55,606 nucleotides of DNA from Chloroflexota bacterium. Its GTDB lineage: Bacteria; Chloroflexota; Limnocylindria; Limnocylindrales; CSP1-4. Shown here piece by piece: positions 29,600 through 38,764 of the stretch. Numbering within the stretch: the first letter of the stretch is position 1; each line of letters begins with the position of its first letter. The stretch is taken from assembly GCA_003158675.1 (NCBI GenBank), contig PMKN01000040.1:8590-64195 (forward strand). Reading direction: 5' to 3'. The notes under the pieces are model-generated. The model ran no database searches and was not told the origin of the DNA. It saw only the letters and a program-made list of their open reading frames with translations. Both the position numbers and the translations under genes were made by a program.

Positions 29600-30708
29600 T
29601 GATCCCTCCCGCCCGTCCCGATCTAGGCCCTGAGGAGGAAGCGGCCGTCGTCGAAGTCCTCCGCAGCGGCATGATCGCCGGCGGCCGCAAGGTCGCCGAG
29701 TTCGAGGCACGATGGGCGGAGTTCTGCGGCGCGAAGCACGCGCTGGCCATGTCGAACGGCACGACGGCACTGATGTCGATCTTCGCCGGACTGGCTCTGG
29801 GGCCGGGCGATGAGGTGATCACCGTCGCTCACACGTTCAACGCCACGGTCAGTTCGATCCTCTACACCGGCGCCTCCCCGGTCTTTGTCGACATCGAGCC
29901 GGATACGTACCTGATGGACGCCGGCCGCATCGAGGCCGCGATCACCCCTCGCACGCGAGCAGTCTGCCCGGTCAGCCTCTTCGGCGTCGTGGCGGACATG
30001 GATGCCATCCAGGCGATCGCCGACAGGCACGGTCTCGCGGTGGTCGAAGACGCCTGCCAGGCCCATGGGGCGATGTATCGGGGGCGACGTGCGGGCAGCT
30101 TCGGCTACGCCGCATTCAGCCTCTACGGCACCAAGAACATGACTACCGGCGAGGGCGGCTTCGTCAACACCAACGACGACCGCCTGGCCGAGTGGATCAA
30201 GTTGTACCGCAACCAGGGCATGGCGCAGCGATACCACCACGACATTCTGGGCTACAACTTCCGCATGACCGACATCGCCGCGGCCATCGGCCTGGTCCAG
30301 CTCGACAAGCTCGAGCGGAACACGGCCCGTCGCCAGGCTATCGCGAAACGGTACGAGGACGCCTTCGCGGACCTGCCGGTCAAGCTGCCCGTGTGCCCCG
30401 AGGGTCGGACGCACGTGTACCACCAGTACACCATCTCGGTCGGCCCGGATCGTGACACGATCGTCGATGAGATGAGGGAAGCCGGCGTCATGTGCGGCGT
30501 CTACTACCCGATCCCATGCCACAAGGCGCCGTACGTGCTGGAGCTGGGCATCGAGGCGGATCTGCCCGTTACCGATGCCGCGGCGGCGACGAGCATGTCG
30601 CTGCCGATGTACCCCGGTCTGACCGAAGCGGAGCAGGATCAGGTCATCGCATCCCTCCGGGCTTCGGTCGGGCGTCACGCGGTCGTGGCGGCCGAGCCTC
30701 GATCGTGA
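29596..30708 (+). CDS. DegT/DnrJ/EryC1/StrS sugar aminotransferase (WbpE-like)
   Basis: SNGTTAL, GPGDEVI, EDACQAHGA, SLYGTKNMTTGEGG, GYNFRM; ATGA overlap with the previous gene. Confidence 0.92.
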   Translation: MMIPPARPDLGPEEEAAVVEVLRSGMIAGGRKVAEFEARWAEFCGAKHALAMSNGTTALMSIFAGLALGPGDEVITVAHTFNATVSSILYTGASPVFVDIEPDTYLMDAGRIEAAITPRTRAVCPVSLFGVVADMDAIQAIADRHGLAVVEDACQAHGAMYRGRRAGSFGYAAFSLYGTKNMTTGEGGFVNTNDDRLAEWIKLYRNQGMAQRYHHDILGYNFRMTDIAAAIGLVQLDKLERNTARRQAIAKRYEDAFADLPVKLPVCPEGRTHVYHQYTISVGPDRDTIVDEMREAGVMCGVYYPIPCHKAPYVLELGIEADLPVTDAAAATSMSLPMYPGLTEAEQDQVIASLRASVGRHAVVAAEPRS

Positions 30709-31727
30709 GCCCGCCCCTGCGGCTCGGCCTGGTTGGTCTGGGCTCGATGGGCCGCAACCACCTGCGGGTGATCTCGAGCCACCCGGACACGGTTCTGGCG
30801 GCGGTTGCGGACCCCGCGGCGGAGGCGCTCGAAGCCGCGACCTCGCAGACCGGCGCCCAGGGCTTCGAAGACCCCCTCGCCATGATCCAGCGGGCCGAAC
30901 TCGACGGTGTCGTCATCGCCGCTCCGACTACGAACCACACGGCCCTGGCGCTCGCGGCCATCGAGCGAGGGCTGCCGGTGCTCGTCGAGAAGCCGCTCGC
31001 CGCAACGGTCGAGGAGGCCTTGGCAATTGTCGCCGCCGCCCGCGCGCGCGGCGTCCGCATTCAGGTTGGCCACGTCGAGCGGTACAACCCCGCGGTCCTG
31101 GAGATGGGCCGGCTCCTGCGGGCCGGCTGGCTCTCCACGATCTACGCCATCTCCAGCCGGCGCGCCGGCCCATTCCCGGCCCGCATCCGCGACGTGGGCG
31201 TGACGGTGGACCTTGGCACGCACGACGTGGACATGCTTTCCTGGATCGCCGGCGAGCGGCCGACGCGCGTGTACGCGGAAACCGCCCAGCGCATCCACGC
31301 CACACATGAGGACCTCACGTACGGCCTCCTCCACTTTCCTTCCGGCGCGACCGGCTTCCTCGACGTGGACTGGCTCACTCCAGCCAAGCGCCGCAGCCTC
31401 ACCGCGGTCGGCGAGGAGGGTATGTTCGAGCTCGACTATCTGACCCAGAAACTGACCTTCACCCGCTCCAACGTCGAGCGGCCGCAGATGATCTCCGGCT
31501 ACGCTACGACCTTCAGCGGCGACGTGGCCGAGATTCCCGTGGTCAGCATCGAGCCGCTCCGCGCCGAGATGGACGAGTTCGTGCGGGTCCTGCGCACGGG
31601 CGACCGTCCGTACGTGGACGGCGAGGACGGCCTTTGGGCCGTGGCCATTGCCAACGCTCTCCTGACGTCCGCGGCCGAACGGCGGCCGATCGACCTGTCG
31701 GACCTACCTTCGAGGCTCAGCGCCTGA
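30705..31727 (+). CDS. Gfo/Idh/MocA oxidoreductase (WbpB-like sugar 3-dehydrogenase)
   Basis: GLGSMGRNH, VEKP, VGHVERYNPA, DLGTHDVD; GTGA overlap. Confidence 0.9.
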   Translation: MSPPLRLGLVGLGSMGRNHLRVISSHPDTVLAAVADPAAEALEAATSQTGAQGFEDPLAMIQRAELDGVVIAAPTTNHTALALAAIERGLPVLVEKPLAATVEEALAIVAAARARGVRIQVGHVERYNPAVLEMGRLLRAGWLSTIYAISSRRAGPFPARIRDVGVTVDLGTHDVDMLSWIAGERPTRVYAETAQRIHATHEDLTYGLLHFPSGATGFLDVDWLTPAKRRSLTAVGEEGMFELDYLTQKLTFTRSNVERPQMISGYATTFSGDVAEIPVVSIEPLRAEMDEFVRVLRTGDRPYVDGEDGLWAVAIANALLTSAAERRPIDLSDLPSRLSA

Positions 31728-33157
31728 TGACCATCGTCTCCAGCCCCTCGCGTGTCCCGAGCTTCCTTGGCGGCACGATCACCCCACCGGTCAATGCGTG
31801 TGCCCACGGCAAGCCCCGCTCGGCTTCGCCCTGGATGGGTGAACCGGGCACGGTCGGGCGGGCCGTGGTCGTCGGCGCGGGCAAGATGGGTCTGCCCCTG
31901 GCGGTTCAGTTCGCCCGCCACGGCTGGGACGTCACGGCCGTCGACGTGAACCCGGACGTGGTCGCGGCGGTCAACGCCGGCCACTCACACGTAACAGAGG
32001 AACCTGGCCTGGCCGAGGGAGTCGCGGAAGTCCACGCCGCGGGTCGCCTGCGCGCCACCACGGACGCAGCCGCGGCCGCTCGCGCGGCAGATGTCGCGGT
32101 GCTGATCGTGCCAGTCATGCTCGACGACGCCCACCAGCCGGATTACCGCTACATGGATTCGGCCGTGGAGTCGATCTCGGGCGGCGTCCATGCCGGGCTG
32201 ACGGTCATCTTCGAAACCACTCTCCCCGTCGGCGACACCCGCGGCCGCTTCCTGCCCCGGCTCGAAGCCGCCGCCGGCTTGCACGGCGACGAGGATCTGT
32301 TCGTTGCCTTCTCGCCGGAGCGGCTCTATTCGGGCGCGGTCTTCGCCAACCTGGCCACGTACCCCAAGCTCGTCGGCGGCATCGGCCCCGAATCCACGCG
32401 CCGAGCCGCCGTCTTCTACGACTCCGTCCTGGACGCCGAGATCGTGGCTATGAGCTGCGCCGAGGCCGCCGAGTTCAGCAAGCTCGCAGACACGACCTAT
32501 CGCGACGTGAACATCGCCCTGGCCAACGAGTTCGCCCGGGTCGCGGACCGCGTCGGTGTCGACGTCCAGGAAGTCATCGCCGCAGCGAACAGCCAGCCCT
32601 ACTCGCACATCCACCAACCTGGCATCGGCGTCGGCGGACACTGCATCCCGGTCTACCCGCATCTTCTACTGAGCCGCGCCCCGGATCTCGAGGTCGTGGC
32701 CACGGCCCGCCGCACCAACGACGCCCAGGTCGGCAACGCCATCAAGTCGCTCGAGACCCAGCTCGGCGGGCTGGACGACGCCCCCATCCTGGTGCTCGGC
32801 CTGACCTACCGCGAGAACGTCAAAGAGCTGGCATATTCGCGCGCCCTGCCGCTGATCGACCGGCTCGGGTTCCACGGCGCCGAGGTCTGGGCCTACGACC
32901 CGCTCCTCTCGGACGAGGAAGTGGAACGTAACTGCGCCAGACCATACCGCTGGGGCGATCCGGGTCCGTTCCGGGCCATCGTCACCCAGACCGGCGACAA
33001 GCTCTGGCGGGCGATGGACTTCTCGCTCTTCCCGCAACTCGAGGTGCTCTACGACGGGCGCAACAGCCTGCGCGAGGTCGAGCTGCCGGCGGCAGTGCGC
33101 TATGTCGGTATCGGGGTTCAGGCGGCCACGCGGCGTCGAGCCGCCGCTCCCCGGTAG
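31727..33157 (+). CDS. UDP-N-acetylhexosamine 6-dehydrogenase (WbpA/WecC family)
   Basis: GAGKMGLPLA, FSPERL, YRDVNIALANE, PGIGVGGHCIP; TGATG overlap. Confidence 0.92.
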   Translation: MTIVSSPSRVPSFLGGTITPPVNACAHGKPRSASPWMGEPGTVGRAVVVGAGKMGLPLAVQFARHGWDVTAVDVNPDVVAAVNAGHSHVTEEPGLAEGVAEVHAAGRLRATTDAAAAARAADVAVLIVPVMLDDAHQPDYRYMDSAVESISGGVHAGLTVIFETTLPVGDTRGRFLPRLEAAAGLHGDEDLFVAFSPERLYSGAVFANLATYPKLVGGIGPESTRRAAVFYDSVLDAEIVAMSCAEAAEFSKLADTTYRDVNIALANEFARVADRVGVDVQEVIAAANSQPYSHIHQPGIGVGGHCIPVYPHLLLSRAPDLEVVATARRTNDAQVGNAIKSLETQLGGLDDAPILVLGLTYRENVKELAYSRALPLIDRLGFHGAEVWAYDPLLSDEEVERNCARPYRWGDPGPFRAIVTQTGDKLWRAMDFSLFPQLEVLYDGRNSLREVELPAAVRYVGIGVQAATRRRAAAPR

Positions 33158-33169
33158 CCGGTACGTACG

Positions 33170-34303
33170 GTGCGACTCGTCAGCGTCGTCGGCACGCGAC
33201 CGCAGCTGATCAAGGCCGCCGCCCTGCAGCCGCTGCTGCGCCGCGAACACGAGGAGATCTTCGTCGACACTGGCCAGCACTACGACGACGCAATGGCCGG
33301 CGACTTCTTCGTCGAGCTCGGTCTTGAGCCACCTGACCACTCGCTGGGAGTCGGCGGCGGCGGACACGGCGACCAGACTGGCCGGATGCTGATGGCTCTC
33401 GAACCGCTGCTGACTGCCTCCGCCCCGGACGCCGTGGTGGTCTACGGCGACACTAATTCCACCCTCGCCGGCGCGCTGGCGGCAGCGAAGCTCGGAATTC
33501 CTGTGGCTCACATCGAGGCGGGCCTGCGCAGTTTCGACAGCCACATGCCCGAAGAGATCAACCGCGTGGTGGCGGACCATCTATCTACCTGGCTCTTCGC
33601 CCCAACACCGACGGCCGTAGCCAACCTCGCGGCCGAGGGCATATCCCATGGCGTCCACGAGGTCGGCGACCTGATGCAGGACCTGGCGGCGCGGATCTCG
33701 GTCGAGGTGCGCCGGCCCTCCGCGCTCGCGGCGATCGCGTCGCGCCTGGACCTGCCGATCGTCACCGGCGGATATTTGTACGCCACCGTCCACCGCGCCG
33801 AGAACCGGAGCCCCGAGGCACTGGCGGCATGGACGGCCCTCTTCGAAGCCGTCGCCACGACCGGCCGGCCGATCGTCCTCGCGCTCCATCCCGGCACGCG
33901 AGTTGCGCTCGAGGCCGCCCGCGTCGAGCTTCCGGCCGGTGTGATCGCCATCGAGCCGCAGGGATATCGGACTTCGCTTGCGCTGCAGCTGCATGCGGCT
34001 GCGGTCCTGACCGACTCCGGCGGCATCCAGCGCGAGTCGGCCTGGCTCGGAGTCCCCTGCCTGGTCCTGCGCGACAGGACGGAGTGGGTCGAAACGGTCG
34101 GAGGGCCAGGCAGCTCGGCGGTGTTGGTCGGCCTGGACACCGCGCTGGCGTTGCGCGAGCTCCGCAGCCGCGCGCCGGAGGCCCGCTCGGCGGCTCAGGC
34201 GACCGACCGCGCGGAGAGCCTCCACCTGGCGGGTTCCGGCGCCGCCGAGCGCATCTCGTCGACGCTCAGATCCGCGACGCAGCACTCGGGGTCGCCGGCA
34301 TGA
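33170..34303 (+). CDS. wecB: Non-hydrolysing UDP-N-acetylglucosamine 2-epimerase (WecB/WbpI family)
   Basis: VVGTRPQLIK, TGQHYD, YGDTNSTLAGA, HIEAGLRSFD..MPEEINR, TDSGGIQRE, RTEWVET. Confidence 0.92.
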   Translation: MRLVSVVGTRPQLIKAAALQPLLRREHEEIFVDTGQHYDDAMAGDFFVELGLEPPDHSLGVGGGGHGDQTGRMLMALEPLLTASAPDAVVVYGDTNSTLAGALAAAKLGIPVAHIEAGLRSFDSHMPEEINRVVADHLSTWLFAPTPTAVANLAAEGISHGVHEVGDLMQDLAARISVEVRRPSALAAIASRLDLPIVTGGYLYATVHRAENRSPEALAAWTALFEAVATTGRPIVLALHPGTRVALEAARVELPAGVIAIEPQGYRTSLALQLHAAAVLTDSGGIQRESAWLGVPCLVLRDRTEWVETVGGPGSSAVLVGLDTALALRELRSRAPEARSAAQATDRAESLHLAGSGAAERISSTLRSATQHSGSPA

Positions 34304-35535
34304 CTGCGCGTCAGAAGCGCCCGATTCTGATGGTCGTGCACTCCTACTACGAAGAGGACCCTCGCGTTCGCCGCGAGGCGGAGTCGCTCGTGGCCGCCGG
34401 CTGGGATGTCGACGTCATCGGGCTTCAGCGCCCCGGCGAGACCATGACCGCGACCGTCGCCGGCGTGAACGTCCGCCGCCTGCCGGTGCGCCGCCACCAG
34501 GGCGCGGGCCTGCCGGTGTACCTGGCCGAGTACGGGGCGTTCCTCGTGCGGGCAATGCTCGCCGCGGCACGGGCTCAGCGGCGTCGCCGCTACGGCATGG
34601 TCCAGGTTCACACGCTACCCGACTACCTGGTCTTCGCGGCCCTGCCGCTCAAGCTCGTCGGCGTGCCGGTACTGTTGGACCTTCATGAGGCCATGCCGGA
34701 GTTCTTCCGCGGCCGCTTTCCCAAGGCCGCCAACCCGATCTCGTACAAGCTCCTGCTTCTCCAGGAACGGATGTCGATTGGCCTGGCGGACGAGCTTTTG
34801 ACCGTCAACGAGCCCCTCGCAGAACGCCTGCGCAAGCGCGGCGCAGACCCGGACCGCCTGACCGTGGTGATGAACAGCCCGGACCTGCGGCTCTTCTCGC
34901 CGGCCGCGCATGCGCAGCGCGAGTTCATGGCCGACGGAGTGCTGCGCCTCGTGTACGCGGGCGCGATCACGCCCACATACGAGCTGGATGTCGTCCTTCG
35001 CGCGGTGGCCGAGATGCGGCGCGAGCGACCGTCGCTGAAGGTTTCGGCAACACTCTATGGACGTGGCGACGCGGAAGGTCCGCTCAAAGACCTGGCTCGG
35101 GAGTTGGGCATCGCAGAGTGTCTGGAGATGCCTGGCCGAATCCCGATCGATGACGTAGCCGCCGCCATCGCCGGGGCTGACATTGGCATCGCCGCCACCA
35201 GGCTGGACGCCTACTCGGAGGTGAGCCTCTCCACGAAGGTCCTCGAGTACGGCGCGATGGAGAAGCCGGTCGTGGCGACTCGGCTGCCCACGGTCGAACT
35301 GTATTTCGGCCAGGACACTCTCTCGCTCTATGAACCGGGAGATCCGGCATCTCTGGCGAAGGCGATCCTGCACATCGTCGACGACCCCGCCGACCGCAAG
35401 GACCGCGTGGCGCGGACTGCGGCTCGGGTCGCGGAACTCGGCTGGGGCCACCAGGCGGTGGCTTATCACGCGGTGGTGAGCAGGCTTGCCGAGCGTCGCA
35501 GCCGCAAACTGACTGGGCCGGTAGCGGTCGATTGA
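34300..35535 (+). CDS. Glycosyltransferase family 4
   Basis: DPRVRREA.SL, DLHE..PE, VYAG, KVLEYGAMEKPVVAT; ATGA overlap. Confidence 0.9.
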   Translation: MTARQKRPILMVVHSYYEEDPRVRREAESLVAAGWDVDVIGLQRPGETMTATVAGVNVRRLPVRRHQGAGLPVYLAEYGAFLVRAMLAAARAQRRRRYGMVQVHTLPDYLVFAALPLKLVGVPVLLDLHEAMPEFFRGRFPKAANPISYKLLLLQERMSIGLADELLTVNEPLAERLRKRGADPDRLTVVMNSPDLRLFSPAAHAQREFMADGVLRLVYAGAITPTYELDVVLRAVAEMRRERPSLKVSATLYGRGDAEGPLKDLARELGIAECLEMPGRIPIDDVAAAIAGADIGIAATRLDAYSEVSLSTKVLEYGAMEKPVVATRLPTVELYFGQDTLSLYEPGDPASLAKAILHIVDDPADRKDRVARTAARVAELGWGHQAVAYHAVVSRLAERRSRKLTGPVAVD

Positions 35536-35695
35536 CGCCCCAGCGCTCTCCACGACGGATCAGGCGTTGGGCCGGCGCCATTCCGCGCGGCTCGCAGGTA
35601 ACGCCGCCCGCCGGTACGGCAGCGGAATGCGGTAGCATACGGCCTCGTCACCCCGGTGTGCTGTGCCGGGACTCAGTTCGAACCAGGACGCCCAG

Positions 35696-37498
35696 ATGAC
35701 CTTTCGGACCCCTGCCACGAAGCCCACCCGCCGTCGGAAGCGCCAGTCCGACGTTCGGCGCTCCGTGTTGTTCAACATCGCCTTCAGCGTTGCCACTGTG
35801 GCGGCCGTGGCGCTTCTCGGAGGCGTGCTGTTTGCCAACTGGTACTCCGACCACGGCGCTCCCATCGGTTCGGTAAACGGCGTCGCTATCAGCAAGGACG
35901 CGGTCCGGGATCGGGCCGCGGTCAACCTCGCGCGCTACCAGCGCCAGGTGGACTACTACGGGACTATGCGCAACCTGGGTCAGATCACCACAACGGACTA
36001 CTCCGGTGTCACCAGCCCCATCACCAGCTCAGAGGACCCCTCCTCGCTGTATTCGGAGGCGCTGACCCAGCTGACAGAGGATCTGACTCTGCAGCAATAC
36101 GCCAGCCAGCAAGGCATTTCCGTCAGCGATGCGGACGTCGACGCCCAGATCGTGAAGGACTCCACCATTCCGGAGATGCGCTACGTCAAGGTCATAGCCG
36201 TCTCGCCCGCCTCAACGTTGCCGTCCTCGGTGCCCACGGCCGCGCAGGTGACGGCGGCCCAGACCACGGCCCAGGGATACCTGGACTCAATCAAGTCCGG
36301 GGCCAAGAAATGGGACGACGTCGCCAAGGTGGCGACCGCCAATCTCCCCTTCGGAACCAGTGGCATGGGCGAGCTCGGGCTGATGTCGCGTGACCAATCG
36401 AACCTCGAGCAGACCCTGACCGACGCCATCTTCGGCCTCGCCAAGGCGAACGATATGACCACTGTCATAAAGGGCGAGGACGGAGTCTTCCGCTTTGCCA
36501 CGGTCACAGAGATAGTCGCCACCTCGGTCGACAACGGCTGGAAGGACGCCGTCGACTCGGCCTCCAGCTCAGACGGATACCGCAGCTTCGCTCGGGCGGA
36601 GGCACTCAAGGCGGCCGTCAAGACAGCCGTCGAGAGCAAGCTCGTGACCGGGTCCTCGACCAGCCGCCACGTCTCTGAGATTTACATCGCGAGCGGCTTT
36701 GGCCAGGCCGGCGACGGCGACGAGATCAAGACCAAGATGATGGTCTTCGCCCCCAGCCACCAGCCGTCGGGGGCTTCGGCCCTGGACCCAACTACGGATC
36801 AAACCTGGGCCGACGCCAAGACACGGGCTGACGCTGCGTACGCCGCGCTGCAGAAGGATCCGACCCAGTTCGCCACCCTGGCGTCCGATACCACGAACAA
36901 CGACGACACGAACGCCTCCAGCGTGCCCGGCGGCGACTACCCCTGGCTGCCCAGCTCATTCTTCAGCGGAGACCCGAGCAGTGGAGCAGGGCTCGGTATG
37001 ACGAACGTCGCCACGGCCATCTTCGCTCCAGATCTCAAGGTCGGCGTCATGGCCCCCATCCTGGAGCCCACGATGGGCTATGTGGTCGTGGACTTCCTCG
37101 GCAGGCGGCCATCCGCCGCGCAGCGCATCGCCGATGCCCAGATCGCGCTGAACACGGGATCCGGCTTCAGCGACGTCGCCGCAAGGTACTCGGAAGGACC
37201 CGAGGCCGGGAGCGGCGGCGACCTGGGTTGGGTCGCCCGATACCAGTACTCATCGGATCTCGAGGACGCCATATTCCAGGCCCCCATCGGCGGCCTGAGC
37301 CGGATGGTTCAATCCGGCGGCGGATACTACCTGTTCAAGGTGACTGAGGAGGCGACCAGGGTCCCTGACGCCACCCAACAGGCGGCTCTGAAGAAGGCCG
37401 CGTTCAACACCTGGCTGTCCAATCTGACCGGCGCCGCCAACGTCTGGACGGATTCGGCAGGCCTGACGGCCATCACCCCGGCCTCGCCCTCGCCTTAG
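35696..37498 (+). CDS. Membrane-anchored SurA/PrsA/PpiD-like foldase with multiple parvulin domains
   Basis: Basic N-terminus plus TM helix; SVNG..IS, GISVSDADVD (SurA-N); FSDVAARYSE....GGDLGW...GYYLFKV. Start at ATG 35696; alternative GTG 35663. Confidence 0.85.
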   Translation: MTFRTPATKPTRRRKRQSDVRRSVLFNIAFSVATVAAVALLGGVLFANWYSDHGAPIGSVNGVAISKDAVRDRAAVNLARYQRQVDYYGTMRNLGQITTTDYSGVTSPITSSEDPSSLYSEALTQLTEDLTLQQYASQQGISVSDADVDAQIVKDSTIPEMRYVKVIAVSPASTLPSSVPTAAQVTAAQTTAQGYLDSIKSGAKKWDDVAKVATANLPFGTSGMGELGLMSRDQSNLEQTLTDAIFGLAKANDMTTVIKGEDGVFRFATVTEIVATSVDNGWKDAVDSASSSDGYRSFARAEALKAAVKTAVESKLVTGSSTSRHVSEIYIASGFGQAGDGDEIKTKMMVFAPSHQPSGASALDPTTDQTWADAKTRADAAYAALQKDPTQFATLASDTTNNDDTNASSVPGGDYPWLPSSFFSGDPSSGAGLGMTNVATAIFAPDLKVGVMAPILEPTMGYVVVDFLGRRPSAAQRIADAQIALNTGSGFSDVAARYSEGPEAGSGGDLGWVARYQYSSDLEDAIFQAPIGGLSRMVQSGGGYYLFKVTEEATRVPDATQQAALKKAAFNTWLSNLTGAANVWTDSAGLTAITPASPSP

Positions 37499-37513
37499 CC
37501 TGAGCAGGCAAAC

Positions 37514-38764
37514 GTGCTCGACGCGCTCGTCGCCGAAGCCCGCATTCGATGGGGGCTCGATGCCTCCGCCGGCCTGCAGGTCGTCTCTCCACGCCACCTG
37601 AGCGCCTTTCCGATCGAACCCTCGCGTCCGTTGCTGGTCGTGCCGCCGAGCGTTCTTCGTGCGGCCGAGCCCCCTGCCGACGTCGTGGCTCCGCTCCCCG
37701 GACGCCACAGCCGTGCCGATCAAGGGGCACTGGCGGTCCTCGCGCGGCTCTACCCGGCCGATCATGTCGTCGGCCGGATCGGCGTGGCGGAGACCACCAC
37801 CGTGGCCAATCTAACCGCGACCGATCTTGCGGGCGCCCTGTATCTGGCCGCCGCGTCGCCCGAGCTGACCCCGGCCAGCCCATGGACCCTGCCCTGGATC
37901 GCCGACCGGCTGCGCCGGCCCGACGGTTGCCCGTGGGACCGCGAGCAGACCCACGTCTCCCTCAAGAAGCATCTTCTCGAGGAGGCATACGAGGTCTACG
38001 ACGCGATCGGCGACAGCGCCACCCCTGAGCTGGCCGGCGAACTCGGCGATCTGCTGCTGCAAATCGTGCTCCACGCCCAGCTGGCGGCCGAGGCGGGAGT
38101 CTTCGACATGACGGACGTCCAGGCGGAGATCGGCCGCAAGATCGTCCGCCGCCACCCCCACGTCTTCGGCGATGCTCGGGTTGAGACCGCCGGCGACGTC
38201 AACCGGCAGTGGGAGCAGATCAAGCGCGCCGAGCGCGAACAGGTGGCCGGGCAGTCGAGCGCAACGCCGGGAGCGGGCGGATCTGCCGTCGGACTCGCCG
38301 GCGCGGCCGAGGTCCGCAGCTCCCTCGACGGCATCTCTCGATCCATGCCGGCGCTGGCCGCCGCTCAGGAGATGCAAGAACGCGCCGCCCATCTCGGCTA
38401 TGACTGGCCGGACATCGTCGGCGTCATCGACAAGGTGCACGAGGAGCTGGCCGAGCTAGCGGCGGCATCGTCACCGCAGGAGAAGCGCGAAGAGGTCGGC
38501 GACCTGCTGCTGGTCGTCACCAACCTGGCGCGCCGCAACGGCGTGGATGCGGAGGACGCCCTTCGCGCCGCCGCCGACAAGTTTCGCTCGCGCTTCCGTC
38601 GCGTCGAGCGTATGGCTCGCGAGCGCAACGTCCAGCTGCGCGATCTGGGACTGGCCGAGCTGGACGAGCTGTGGGATGCTGCCAAGGTCGAGGAGCGATC
38701 CGCCTCACGTGAACGATCGACGGTGGACGCTCCGACGGCCAACGGCAAGGAGGCCGGACGATGA
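37514..38764 (+). CDS. mazG: Nucleoside triphosphate pyrophosphohydrolase MazG (tandem domains, N-terminal extension)
   Basis: LRRPDGCPWDREQTH.SL, EEAYEV, ELGDLLLQ, RRHPHVFG, GYDW, EEVGDLL. Confidence 0.95.
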   Translation: MLDALVAEARIRWGLDASAGLQVVSPRHLSAFPIEPSRPLLVVPPSVLRAAEPPADVVAPLPGRHSRADQGALAVLARLYPADHVVGRIGVAETTTVANLTATDLAGALYLAAASPELTPASPWTLPWIADRLRRPDGCPWDREQTHVSLKKHLLEEAYEVYDAIGDSATPELAGELGDLLLQIVLHAQLAAEAGVFDMTDVQAEIGRKIVRRHPHVFGDARVETAGDVNRQWEQIKRAEREQVAGQSSATPGAGGSAVGLAGAAEVRSSLDGISRSMPALAAAQEMQERAAHLGYDWPDIVGVIDKVHEELAELAAASSPQEKREEVGDLLLVVTNLARRNGVDAEDALRAAADKFRSRFRRVERMARERNVQLRDLGLAELDELWDAAKVEERSASRERSTVDAPTANGKEAGR

